From an uncultured Acidobacteriota bacterium (GTDB lineage Bacteria; Acidobacteriota; UBA6911): a DNA stretch of 64,000 nucleotides. The number at the start of each line of letters is the position of its first letter. Position 1 is the stretch's first letter. The position numbers were made by a program, and so were the translations under genes. The DNA lies in contig CAWHCF010000026.1 of the NCBI GenBank assembly GCA_963827655.1, forward strand, positions 256,001 through 320,000. Reading direction: 5' to 3'. This document shows, one piece after another, positions 54,056 through 64,000 of this stretch. Under the pieces are notes generated by a model. The model saw only the letters and a program-made list of their open reading frames with translations. It was not told the origin of the DNA and made no database searches.

Positions 54056-56557
54056 CAAGGTTCACACAAACGAAGTTGAACTTTCTTATCCTGAACAAGG
54101 ATCTTCCCGTTTTTCCCGGACGTGCCGGTCACGAGTACCTTCACACGACGCATTTGACCAGAGTGGCTCGAAAAGTTGGACTCGTCTCTCTGGTACATGA
54201 GCGCGAGCAGGAGCAGAAGAAGAGTAGCCTGATCGATTGCGGTGTCAGGCTTTACCTCTGGCGCAACCCTGATCTGGATGCGCCGGTTCCGTCCGGCCCA
54301 AGGCGTTCGTCCCTGCTGCGGCGGTTTGGCAGAGCGGTTTATGACAACATCCGCTCGCTCCCGGATCGACCCCTGGATACGATTCCGGAAGATCGCCAGT
54401 TTCGCAATCTGTCAAATCCCATTCAAACTGCTTTGAGCGAGGAGATCTGGCAGGCGCTTCTGGTTGTCCAGAGCAGTCTGGCGCACTGGATCGATTATCT
54501 GCCTCGAATGCCTGTCAGCGTCCTGGTGCTCCATGACGTGAGAGCCCTGGTTTACCGGCGCCGTTCACGTCTCGCTGGATCCGTCAAAGAGTGGCTCAGC
54601 TGCATGCGCGAGTATTACAGCTACTCCCGGTTTGAAGCCCGCTATTGCCGGGCTTTCGACCTGGTCATCACCGTTTCGTCATCGGATGAAGCATGGGTTG
54701 CCCGGAAGTACCGGCCACGAAAGCTGCTTACGATTCCAGTCCCGATAGATGTCGCGTATTTTGTCCCCGCTGCGTGGAATCGTCGAGTGCGAATTCCGGA
54801 TCGTCTTCACCGGCCTGATGAACCACCCACCCAATACCGACGCAGCCGTCTTTTTCGCGCGCGAAGTCTTGCCGAGAATCCAGAGACAGATCCCGCAGGC
54901 TGAATTCTGGATAGTCGGACGCAATCCTTCGGAAGAAGTCCGCAGACTGGTCGGGTCGCCGGGAGTCGTGGTAACCGGGTTCGTCGAAGACATCCGTCCC
55001 TATATTGCCGAGGCAGCCGTCGTCGTGGTTCCCCTTCGCTTCGGATCGGGGATGCGCAACAAGATTCTGGAAGGTTGGGCAATGGAGAAGTGCATCGTCT
55101 CGACCAGGGTAGGCGCGGAAGGTCTCGATTATCAGGACGGACTCAATATCCTGATTGCCGATGATGCGGAGACGCTCGCCCATCGGACTGTCCAGGCGCT
55201 GAAAGACCCGGCTCTCAGGTCGAGGCTCAAGCATCACAGCCGGCAGTGGGTGGCGACGAATCACGATGCGTCCCGGAATGCGCGTAGCTACTGCGCCGCC
55301 GTACAAGAGGTCGTGCGCGAAAAGCGGCAACGAAGCCTTCCTGTCAGAACTCTGATTGACTTGCGCTGGATGAAACCTGGAATTGCCGGAGGGATCGAAA
55401 CACTATCGCGGTCTTTCCTCCAGCACCTGATGAAAATCGACGGTTTCAACCATTATCGGGTTTTGCTGCCCTCTCAGGCGAGGTACGATTTTACTTCGGC
55501 CGTCCAACGGAATTTCAGAATGATCAGCGCGGATGGTCCCCTTCAAGACTGGCGTCGAGCAACCTGGAGGGCGGGCCAGTATCTTCACAGACGTCTCAAG
55601 ATCGACTACTGGCGCTCCCCAGACGTGGAACGGCTCCGTACCGCTCGGGGTTATGATTGCGAAGTGGCGCTCTCGATGAGCGGTTACATTCAACCCGATC
55701 TGTATCCGCTGGAAAATGTTTTGATCGTACCCGATATTCAGCACGAGTTCTGTCCCGAGTTTTTCACGGCGGCGAGCCTGGCAGAACGGCGACGGGTGTA
55801 TGGCGATGCGATTCGACGAGCCCGGCATATTTGCGCGATTTCCGAGTTCACGCGGCAGACGCTGCTCGAGAGGATGAACGTGCCGGCCGACCGGGTCACC
55901 ACGACGCCCCTGGCGGCCGATCCCATTTTTCATCCCGGCAGCAAGTTCCGCGGGAGGTCCAGGGAAGTGCTGGCCAAGTACGGTTTGACGGCGGGTAGCT
56001 TTCTCTTTTTTCCGGGCAACACCTGGCCCCACAAGAATCATCGCACCGCTTTCGCGGCCCTGCGAGTGCTGCGCGACGAATACAAGCTCGATCCATTGCT
56101 TGTTTGCACTGGAAGCGCCAAAGAAGCCCAGTCGGAGCTCCTGAAGCTGGTTCAGGATCTCGACCTTTCGGGCCAGGTTCGTTTTCTGGGTTATTGCCCG
56201 GTCGAGGACATGCCTGGTCTGTACGAGGGCGCTGCCGCGCTGGTCTTTCCTTCCCTTTTCGAAGGGTTCGGGATCCCCCTCACCGAGGCCATGTGGTGTG
56301 ACTGTCCGATCGTAAGCAGCAACGCGACCAGCCTCCCGGAAATAGCAGGGAACGCCGCTCTTCTGGTGGATCCGCGATCTCCGGGGGACCTTGCTCACGC
56401 TTTGAGTCAAGTCCTGACCGACGGGAACCTGCGCCGGGGCCTGATCGAAAACGGGAGGCTTCAGGTCAAGCAGTTTTCCTGGCACAGGTTTACCCTTGAG
56501 ATTGTTCGCACTCTTTACCGGGTTCGTGAACAACGTTACTCCCTGGAGATTTCTTGA
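54052..56557 (+). CDS. Tandem double GT4 glycosyltransferase (frameshift near 54778)
   Basis: First module PLRFGSGMRNKILE; second module PHKNH, EGFGIPLTEAM. Confidence 0.85.
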
Positions 56558-56558
56558 C

Positions 56559-57905
56559 GTGGAGAAGCGGCCGCGAATCTCGATCATTACGCCATCTTTC
56601 AATCAGGGGAAGTACATAGCCGAGACCATCGAGTCGGTCTTCAACCAGCAGTATCCTGATCTCGAGCACATCGTAATCGACGGCGGATCGAAAGATGACA
56701 CTCTCGACATTCTCAGGAGATACCCGCATCTAACCGTGATCTCGGAGCCTGACCGCGGTCAGGCGGACGCGATCAATAAGGGATTTCGCCGCGCGACCGG
56801 GCAAATCTGGGGGTTCTTGAACTCCGACGACACCCTGTTGCCGAATTCGCTGGAGCGCGTGGCCCGTGAAATCGATCCGGTCAGAGGGCGCCACATTGTC
56901 ATGGGGCGCTGCAGATTCGTCGACGAAACGGGTTGTTTCACCGGGATTGAACACCCGAGCAGGTTTGACGGCCACCGTAGAGTCCTCGAAATCTGGAAGG
57001 GGCACACGATTCCCCAGCCTGCCGTCTTCTGGACGCCTGAAGTCTGGCGCGCCTGCGGGCCACTCGAGGAGGGTCTGAAATCTTCGTGGCTGGACTACGA
57101 CCTGTTTTGCCGCTTTTCCAGGAAATACGACTTTTACTTCGTCGACCAGGTCCTGGCCACTTATCGGCTTCAGCCCGAATCCAAGACGGTCAGTCGCACC
57201 GAGGCCGAACGCCTGGCGGAGTGTATTCAGATCAGCCGGCGTTACTGGGGGTCGCGGTTTTCGCCGTTCTACTGGCGAATGGCACTTTCACTTCGGCGGC
57301 ACCGGCTCACGCGCGACCGCATAGAGCGCGCCCGTAGCCTGTACCGGCGCTTCCAGGAGACGAGGCGGCACCAGAAACCGCTTGCAGCCTTGCCCTACGC
57401 TTTGGCTGCGGGCGTCCTTGCGCCGGAGGTCGCCTTTTACTACGGCGTCTATCCGGCGCTGCGCGACCGGGCAACCGGCGTGGCCAAAACAGTTCTGGAG
57501 CGTATCGGAGAGAAAAGACGTCTGGATCCGCAGACGGAGGTTTACCTGAACCACACCACCCTGTGGTCTGACGGCTGGGGCGGTCCCCGTCTGGTGTTTT
57601 CCCGAACTGCTGGACCGGATGCTCGGATCCTGCGGGTTCGGGGCACGACCAACCTGAAGTATTTACGGAAGCCATTTTCCCTGAGCGTCCGGATCGACAA
57701 CCAGGAACCGAGTGGCCAACAGGTAGTTCAAAAGGGCGATTTCGCCCTCGAATTTGCGTTACCTCAGGCTGTTCCCGGTGGCGAGCACGAAATTGAGATC
57801 ACGGCGAGCAGCTGGTTCGTTCCGCATCATTATTCACATAATCAGGATTACCGTCCGCTCTCCTGGCGTTTCGTGAGCGTTGAATTCGACACTGCTCCGC
57901 GCTAA
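56559..57905 (+). CDS. Glycosyltransferase family 2 with C-terminal extension
   Basis: ITPSFNQG, DGGSKD, FLNSDD, LDYDLF. Confidence 0.88.
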   Translation: MEKRPRISIITPSFNQGKYIAETIESVFNQQYPDLEHIVIDGGSKDDTLDILRRYPHLTVISEPDRGQADAINKGFRRATGQIWGFLNSDDTLLPNSLERVAREIDPVRGRHIVMGRCRFVDETGCFTGIEHPSRFDGHRRVLEIWKGHTIPQPAVFWTPEVWRACGPLEEGLKSSWLDYDLFCRFSRKYDFYFVDQVLATYRLQPESKTVSRTEAERLAECIQISRRYWGSRFSPFYWRMALSLRRHRLTRDRIERARSLYRRFQETRRHQKPLAALPYALAAGVLAPEVAFYYGVYPALRDRATGVAKTVLERIGEKRRLDPQTEVYLNHTTLWSDGWGGPRLVFSRTAGPDARILRVRGTTNLKYLRKPFSLSVRIDNQEPSGQQVVQKGDFALEFALPQAVPGGEHEIEITASSWFVPHHYSHNQDYRPLSWRFVSVEFDTAPR

Positions 57906-58260
57906 CCATAGCTATGCGAAGTGGGGGCCAACTTCGATGTGGCGCTACCGGCCACTCTGGTCAGTCTGTTCTCAGTTTCCGGTAAGCCGACTACACGGAC
58001 AAGTGGCTTTTATTGGGGCCGTGGCTCACCAGCACCACTGGATCAGCGATGTGCTTTCTTCGTCAGACCGGAATTTTGCAGCGCCCAGAGCTAAGCTGCC
58101 GCGATGTTGAAGAACGCGAAATCACTGCGAGCACCGCTTGCCCGAGTTAGAGCTCGGAGCAACGTGATGCCGTCTTAGCCTGTAATGCGCTCCAGCATCG
58201 AGCTGGACTGGAGCACCGATAACCTTTAGAATCTGCGACGATTAAGATTATTTGTCTGGG

Positions 58261-58482
58261 ATGGATATGACTATCAGGGCAAAGTACGAAGATGGCGTTT
58301 TTAAACCCTTGGATGAGGTGAACCTTAAAGAGGGTACAGTTCTAGAGATCTATCTGCCGTCGGGCAGGCAGAAGCGCATTCTTGCCGAGTCGCTTCCGAT
58401 AACAGGCATGTGGAAGGATCGCAAAGACATCAAAGACGGCGTGAGCTACGTGGATCGACTGCGAGAAAACCCACGGGCGTGA
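58261..58482 (+). CDS. DUF104/AF2212-like antitoxin
   Basis: TIRAKYEDGVFKPLDEVNLKEG motif; GMWKDR.D....YV..LR tail. Confidence 0.82.
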   Translation: MDMTIRAKYEDGVFKPLDEVNLKEGTVLEIYLPSGRQKRILAESLPITGMWKDRKDIKDGVSYVDRLRENPRA

Positions 58483-58486
58483 ATGA

Positions 58487-58560
58487 ATGGCCCACTTGGT
58501 CGACACCGATGTCCTAACGATCTGCGCACACACCGGGCGCAAAGACTCGTGCGGCCCGCC
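58487..58560 (+). pseudogene. 5' remnant of a PIN/VapC toxin
   Basis: MAHLVDTDVL directly after the antitoxin; similarity is lost thereafter. Confidence 0.6.
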
Positions 58561-58571
58561 GTTTGCCGAAC

Positions 58572-59447
58572 TCAGGCCTTGGGCAGCACGAACTCGAGTT
58601 CGATCATTTGCGTAAGTAATCGGGATAGTTGAGTTCGCGCCGACGCTCCGCGACGTGCCGGGTGTCGATGTAATACAGCGTGTGACCGCCGCCAGGCGCT
58701 TTGTACCGCGTGACACGCTCGGGAGCAATGCCGATAAGGTTGAGAAAATCCAGCAGCAGACCGTCGCTGAAATAGAAGCTGTGAAAGAGTAGCCGCGCCG
58801 GATCGCGCTCCCAACCGCTGGTTAACTCGAGCGAGTGGCCGGGCATATCGCGCACGCCGGTATCGAGGATGAGCGTCTCGTTGGCGAGGTGGACCAGGCG
58901 GCAGAGCCCATAGAACGGCATCAGAAAATGGTTGTGGACCTCGGAGAGGAACACCACGTCGCGGGGCTGCAGGGTCAAATCCATCAGGAAATCAGTGTTG
59001 AGGAACTCGACGTTCTTGTGACCGAGCACGCCTGCGGCCCACACGGCACTGGCGTATGGCTGCTCGACGACTTCCACGCCCGTGACCGACCCGGCGCCAG
59101 CCTCCGCGAAGCGGAAGCTGAAGAAGCCATTGCAGGTGCCAAGCTCGAGCACCGATTTGCCGCGCAGGTCGGGCAGCACGGGTTCGATGTAAAGCCATTT
59201 CGGAAAGGGCCGCATGATGGACGCTTCGTCGCTCGTGAGCCGGCCTTCGAGAGTGTTGAGGCCGCCTTCGTCGAAGCAAGCCCACTTGTGATTCGAGGTC
59301 GAGCTGATGTGCTGCGCCGGGAACTCGATGCGCTGGAACCAGTAGCCCCAGAACGATTCAATCCCACGTGCCAGCTCGCTGTTGAGCGCGGCGAGCGTTT
59401 CGGGCGAACTGTCCCGGGCGAGCGCCGCACGCACTTGCGCGACCATG
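58572..59447 (-). CDS. CmoB/DUF1698-like SAM methyltransferase (start uncertain; indel near the 3' end)
   Basis: YWFQRIEF, DLRGKSVLELGTCNGFFSF..AEAGA..VTGVE, LILDT. Confidence 0.75.
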
Positions 59448-60183
59448 GCCTTCGCGCTCTCGGCGGTGTAGAGCTCGCGTACTGGGCTGGCTGCGAACGG
59501 ATCCGGGCCGCGCCGGATTCCTGTCTGAACACGGTGCCTTCCTGCAAGCGTTGGCTTTTTACCCAAGTCTCGCCTTTGTTCGTCACGCAATCTCCTTTTC
59601 GACCTCAACGACCGCCCGAGCACGCTCTCGTGCAAAGACTGGCCGCCTACGGATCCTGCTCAATGCCTCAGGATACCTTTCATAATCGCGGGAAAGCGGA
59701 AGGGGAAAATGAAATCACGGTTTACAATAACCTCCCCCGCTTCGCTCGAACGTTCTCCACTGGCTGTTCCGGAGTTTAACGACGCGCGGATTCTACACCA
59801 TTGAAGAGGCACAGTTTGTGAAATTTGCAGAAATATCCTGTTGGCCGTCCTGGGCGGAGCCCGAACGGCGCGTCGAGATTTCCACACGGCTGCGGCCCGG
59901 ACTCAGGCGTTGATTTTCGAAAAGTGGCGAAGCAAGCTTCGGGAAACAAGGCGGTAGCAAGTGACCGCACTCATCCACACATTACGGAACGATGTTTCGT
60001 GCTATTGCCTTGACCTGTAGCGCGGGGAGGCGTATGAACTTCAATTCAGAACTCCTTTATTATTGCGATGGCGATTGCGATGGCGCTCGTCGCGCCGCTG
60101 GTGGAACTGGAATAAGAGCGCGTTACGGAGCAGCTCCGTTCCGCGCCCCTGCGCTGCCGCAGGTTCACATTCGAGGGGAGCCA

Positions 60184-63165
60184 ATGAACAGAAAAAACGG
60201 TGTGGGTCAGTCTATCCTGCTCAGTATCCTGCTCTTGATATTCGCGGCGAACGGCCAGGCACAGGTCACGACAGCGACGATCGAGGGCCTTGTCGTGGAT
60301 CCGACCGGCGCCGCTATCCCGGGCGCCGCCGTCAGTGTAGCCAACCAGGGGACCGTCCTGAAGAAGAGTGCGATTGCGAACGAGCGCGGCGAGTTCACCG
60401 TCACGTTCCTGCCGCCTGGAATCTACACGATCACTATCGAGGTGTCCGGTTTCAAGGCGCACCGTCAGACCGACCTCGAGTTGGTCGCCGGACAGAAACT
60501 TCGACACGACTTCAAGCTCGAGATCGGCACGATCGGCGAGCAGGTGACGGTGAGCGCCGAGCCGCCTCTCGTCAATGCCATGAACGCGCAGCAGGACATC
60601 AACCGCACCGAAACCGAGGTGAAAGAGCTGCCGCTCGCGCGGCGGGATCTCAGGAACATACTCAACCTCGGGACCGGGATCTCCGCCCAGACCGACGTGG
60701 GAGTCTCGATGAATGGACTGCCACCCCGCGGCTTCCTTTTCACCATCGACGGCATCAACGCCGCTGGTGACGCCGAGCTTCGCTCGCTCGGCCTGTATCA
60801 GGACTTCAACATCATCAAAGGCGTCAGCATCGAAGCGGTGGAGCAGGTGCAGGTCGCCAAGAGTATTTTTTCAGCGGACGTGGCCAACACAGTGGGTGGA
60901 AACGTCAACCTCATCACCAAGAAGGGGACGAATCAGCTTCATGGGAGCGTGTTCGAGAACTACCAGGCCGGCGGCCTGAATGCCCGCAACCAGTTTGCAA
61001 CCACGCCAGAGTCTCTGGTCTTCCATCAGTTCGGCGGATCGGTCGGCGGCCCGATTCGCAAAGACTCGATGTTCTTTTTCGGCGCCTTTGAAGGATATCG
61101 GCTCACGGCCCAGCGGGCGCTCACAGGCTTCGTGCCGACCCAGGAATATCGAGACCTGGCCATTAAAGGAACTCCAGAGATGAAGGAGGCGCTGGATTTC
61201 ATTCCCCTCCCGACCGATCCTTATCCTCCGGGATCGGATACCGGGTTCTACCGTGGCCGCGGCGCGGCAAAAGAGACCGAGAACCACGCTGTGGTCCGGT
61301 GGGATTGGAACGTCACTCCGGTAAACCTCCTGACCGCTCGTTACAAGCGCGGTCGACCCTACACGCTCTCGCCCCGCGTAGTAACCGCAAATGAGCAGAC
61401 GCAGGTCGGAGTGGACGAGAGTATAGTCACCAGCTTCCTGCACGTCGCACCCGGCTGGAGCTCCGAAACGAGGGGTGGTTATAACCGGGACGATATGGAT
61501 CGCATCGACGGCTTGTACAACTACGGCATTACGACGATCGCGGCGCCCAACGTCGCCTTCGGTGACGGCCGCGTGTTCATCAAATCGGGTTCCACTTCGA
61601 CGATCGACCAGAACTTCGCTCTCACACGAGGTCGTCACGCGCTCAAGGTCGGCGGCACATATCAACTGTTGTATGTGCGCCGGCAGGACCAGGCCATCCC
61701 TACCTTCACGTATCAGACACGGGCCGATTTCATCGGCGGGATACCCCTGTCGGCATCGTACCGGTTCGGGCTGGACCCCTGGCAGATGACCTCCTGGCAA
61801 CTCGGTGCCTTTATTCAGGACGACATCAAAATCAATCGCAGGCTGGTTTTGAACCTGGGCTTCCGTTACGACTACTACTCCGTTCCGCGGGAGCGAGACA
61901 ACCGCATATTCAACCACGACGGCCCAGGCGGCCCGTTCCGGCCCCCGGACTCAGCCTGGAACGCCCAGTACAAGAATTTCTCCCCTCGGATAGGCCTCGC
62001 GTTGAGGCTGGACGAGGAGGGAAAAACCGTCCTCAGGAGCGGCTTCGGGATCTTCTTCAGCAGTCAGAACCTCTTCTCCGGGCCGGTGGAGACGGTCCGA
62101 AACGGGCCCGGCATTCCCACGAGCGTCACTTTCAGTCAGGCCGAACTGACGCGGTATGGCCTGAACTATCCGGATGGGGATGAGGAGGCACTCGCCTTCT
62201 TGACGGCCTCGCCGATCAACACGGACCTGACTGTCGATCCGAACTGGAAGAACCCGTACAGCCAGCAGTGGACCCTCGGTATCCAGCGACAGTTGACCGG
62301 GACAATGGTCTTCGACGTGGCTTACGTCGGCAGCCACGCGCTGCGTCTGCCGTACAGCCCGAGCTGGAATCGCGTGGACCGCGTCACGGGCCTGCGCCCG
62401 ATTCCCGGTTTCGGGGCATTTGACTACTATCAACCCGCGGATTCCAGCAACTACAACTCGTTGCAGACGTCGCTTCAGAAACGGTTCTCGCACAACTTCA
62501 ATCTCAACGTGAACTACACCTGGGCTAGCAACCTCGCCTACTTCCGCGGCGATATGCACTGTTGCGGCGCGGGGGAGCAACCTCAGGACCTGAACAACCT
62601 GCGGGCGAACCGGGGACCGACGACCTTCTTCGTCCAGCATGCATTCCGGAGCAACTGGATCTACGAGCTTCCGTTCGAGAGCTTGTCGAAGAGCAGGAGC
62701 CGGGTCTCCACCCTGGTGCTAGGCGGGTGGCAGGTGAGCGGGATCCTGATCGCCCAGACCGGCCAGTCTTTCGACGTTTCTCAAACCTCTGCCGTAACCG
62801 CCCGTCCGGATGTCGTGAGTCCGAACGTGTATACCAGCGATTGGAAAACGACCTTGCAGTACCTGAATCCCGCCGCATTCATGCGCGTGGCGGTCGATCC
62901 CGTCTCGAGGGCGACGGTTCGGCCCGGGAGCCTGGGACACCGCGCCCTGTTCCAGCCTGGCTACTGGACTACAGATCTCGCATTATCCAAACGGCTCCGG
63001 CTCAACGAGAGAGTCAATCTGCAGATTCGGGCCGACCTGTTCAACGCCTTCAACAAGACCTTCTTCGCCGGCGTCACGAGCGGCATCGACTCGACGTCCT
63101 TCGGACGGTTCACCAGCAGCCGCGGAGCGAGAGTCGTCCAGCTGAATACCCGGCTCCAGTTCTGA
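60184..63165 (+). CDS. TonB-dependent receptor (carboxypeptidase-regulatory N-domain, Oar-like)
   Basis: Signal peptide, GLVVDPTGAAIPGA, TKKGTNQLHGS, NFSPRIG, C-terminal RVVQLNTRLQF. Confidence 0.92.
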   Translation: MNRKNGVGQSILLSILLLIFAANGQAQVTTATIEGLVVDPTGAAIPGAAVSVANQGTVLKKSAIANERGEFTVTFLPPGIYTITIEVSGFKAHRQTDLELVAGQKLRHDFKLEIGTIGEQVTVSAEPPLVNAMNAQQDINRTETEVKELPLARRDLRNILNLGTGISAQTDVGVSMNGLPPRGFLFTIDGINAAGDAELRSLGLYQDFNIIKGVSIEAVEQVQVAKSIFSADVANTVGGNVNLITKKGTNQLHGSVFENYQAGGLNARNQFATTPESLVFHQFGGSVGGPIRKDSMFFFGAFEGYRLTAQRALTGFVPTQEYRDLAIKGTPEMKEALDFIPLPTDPYPPGSDTGFYRGRGAAKETENHAVVRWDWNVTPVNLLTARYKRGRPYTLSPRVVTANEQTQVGVDESIVTSFLHVAPGWSSETRGGYNRDDMDRIDGLYNYGITTIAAPNVAFGDGRVFIKSGSTSTIDQNFALTRGRHALKVGGTYQLLYVRRQDQAIPTFTYQTRADFIGGIPLSASYRFGLDPWQMTSWQLGAFIQDDIKINRRLVLNLGFRYDYYSVPRERDNRIFNHDGPGGPFRPPDSAWNAQYKNFSPRIGLALRLDEEGKTVLRSGFGIFFSSQNLFSGPVETVRNGPGIPTSVTFSQAELTRYGLNYPDGDEEALAFLTASPINTDLTVDPNWKNPYSQQWTLGIQRQLTGTMVFDVAYVGSHALRLPYSPSWNRVDRVTGLRPIPGFGAFDYYQPADSSNYNSLQTSLQKRFSHNFNLNVNYTWASNLAYFRGDMHCCGAGEQPQDLNNLRANRGPTTFFVQHAFRSNWIYELPFESLSKSRSRVSTLVLGGWQVSGILIAQTGQSFDVSQTSAVTARPDVVSPNVYTSDWKTTLQYLNPAAFMRVAVDPVSRATVRPGSLGHRALFQPGYWTTDLALSKRLRLNERVNLQIRADLFNAFNKTFFAGVTSGIDSTSFGRFTSSRGARVVQLNTRLQF

Positions 63166-63219
63166 GCGTCGCGCTTTCGCTCCAAATGGCGCAATGGACT
63201 CCAGGATGAGGGAAATGCC

Positions 63220-64000
63220 ATGACGACAACCAGACGAATCTTCATCGTGTCGCTCGCCCTGGCCTGCGTCTCGGGCTACCAGAGGTCGCCGGGCCCCGCG
63301 CATGTGATCGTGTCCAAGGAACCGGGGCGATTCGGCGGCTGGCCGGCCAACAACGGGATCTGGTCGTGGGGGAACGAAATCGTCGTCGGCTTCGTGTGGG
63401 GATACTTCAAGAACACCGAAAGAGGGCACGCCATCGACGGAGAGAAGCCGTCTCTGCTGCGCTTTGCGCGCAGCCTCGATGGTGGCGAAACCTGGCGAGT
63501 CGAGGTGCCGTCGTTTCTGGATGACCAGGGCGGAGAGAGGGATCCGCTCGATTATCCCGGCGGGATCGACTTCAGCAATCCGGATTTCGCCATGCGGGTG
63601 CGGATGAATGCAAACGGCGCCGCCCCCTCGCGCATCTATTACTCGACCGACCGCTGCAAGACCTGGCAAGGCCCCTACAAGCTCCCGATGTTCGGGCAGA
63701 AGCGGATCATGGCGAGGACGGATTATCTGGTCAACGGGCCGGGCGATCTGATGGCCTTCGTCACCGCCTCGAAGCAGGACGGCAGGGAGGGGCGAGTCTT
63801 CTGTACGCGAACCATCGACGGCGGCAAGACGTGGGAGTTCGTCTCGTGGATCGGCCCTGAACCCAAGGGCTTCTCGATCATGTCGGCTTCGGTCCGGCTT
63901 TCACCGTCGAGGATATTGAGCACCATCCGGTGCAAGGAAGGGCCTTCGCACTGGATCGAAGGGTGGTTGTCGGAAGATAACGGGAAAAGCTGGAACTTTC
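63220..64000 (+). CDS. Secreted BNR/Asp-box (sialidase-like) protein, partial
   Basis: Signal peptide; SLDGGETW, STDRCKTW, TIDGGKTW, SEDNGKSW Asp boxes. Confidence 0.88.
   Translation, partial: MTTTRRIFIVSLALACVSGYQRSPGPAHVIVSKEPGRFGGWPANNGIWSWGNEIVVGFVWGYFKNTERGHAIDGEKPSLLRFARSLDGGETWRVEVPSFLDDQGGERDPLDYPGGIDFSNPDFAMRVRMNANGAAPSRIYYSTDRCKTWQGPYKLPMFGQKRIMARTDYLVNGPGDLMAFVTASKQDGREGRVFCTRTIDGGKTWEFVSWIGPEPKGFSIMSASVRLSPSRILSTIRCKEGPSHWIEGWLSEDNGKSWNF

Noticed and set aside
1575-58610. Many frameshifts as programmed frameshifting or genome-wide pseudogenisation
   Set aside because: They are scattered single-base indels, often in short homopolymers, with no shared slippery motif; consistent with long-read error
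60062-60086. Tandem ATTGCGATGGCG upstream of the TonB receptor
   Set aside because: Could be an operator, but only two copies and no cognate regulator nearby to support it

Overview
GC-rich chromosomal window, most likely from an Acidobacteriota genome (inferred from the PadR + duplicated-permease pairs, an Oar-like TonB-dependent receptor and several Tat-signal enzymes). Many genes are broken by single-base indels, and 14.5-17.8 kb is heavily corrupted, which looks like an error-prone long-read consensus; most frameshifts are therefore treated as probable artefacts. Content in order: a MITE-disrupted secreted protein, STAS, a stand-alone LigD phosphoesterase-like domain, a TPR protein, rho, BCP peroxiredoxin, hydrolases, a Co-type nitrile hydratase operon, a YtrA-like GntR/ABC operon, a sugar-acid catabolism-like cluster, PadR-permease pairs, a DUF1573 protein, a four-helix-bundle gene, a PPIase/NTT-HEAT/cNMP/histidine kinase/response regulator operon, a ~17 kb Wzm/Wzt surface-glycan locus, a toxin-antitoxin remnant, and a TonB receptor plus BNR protein. 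The most notable observations are: (1) two in-frame TGA codons at conserved Cys positions, each followed by a SECIS-like hairpin (BCP and DUF1573), which are candidate selenoproteins; (2) a four-helix-bundle gene enclosed by inverted 7-mer arrays with a duplicated 3' end; (3) a Tat-like signal on the nitrile hydratase alpha subunit; (4) a 126-bp (six-heptad) tandem repeat in a WbdD-like methyltransferase coiled coil; (5) a TAA-flanked MITE whose empty site can be reconstructed. No rRNA, tRNA or CRISPR array was recognised.
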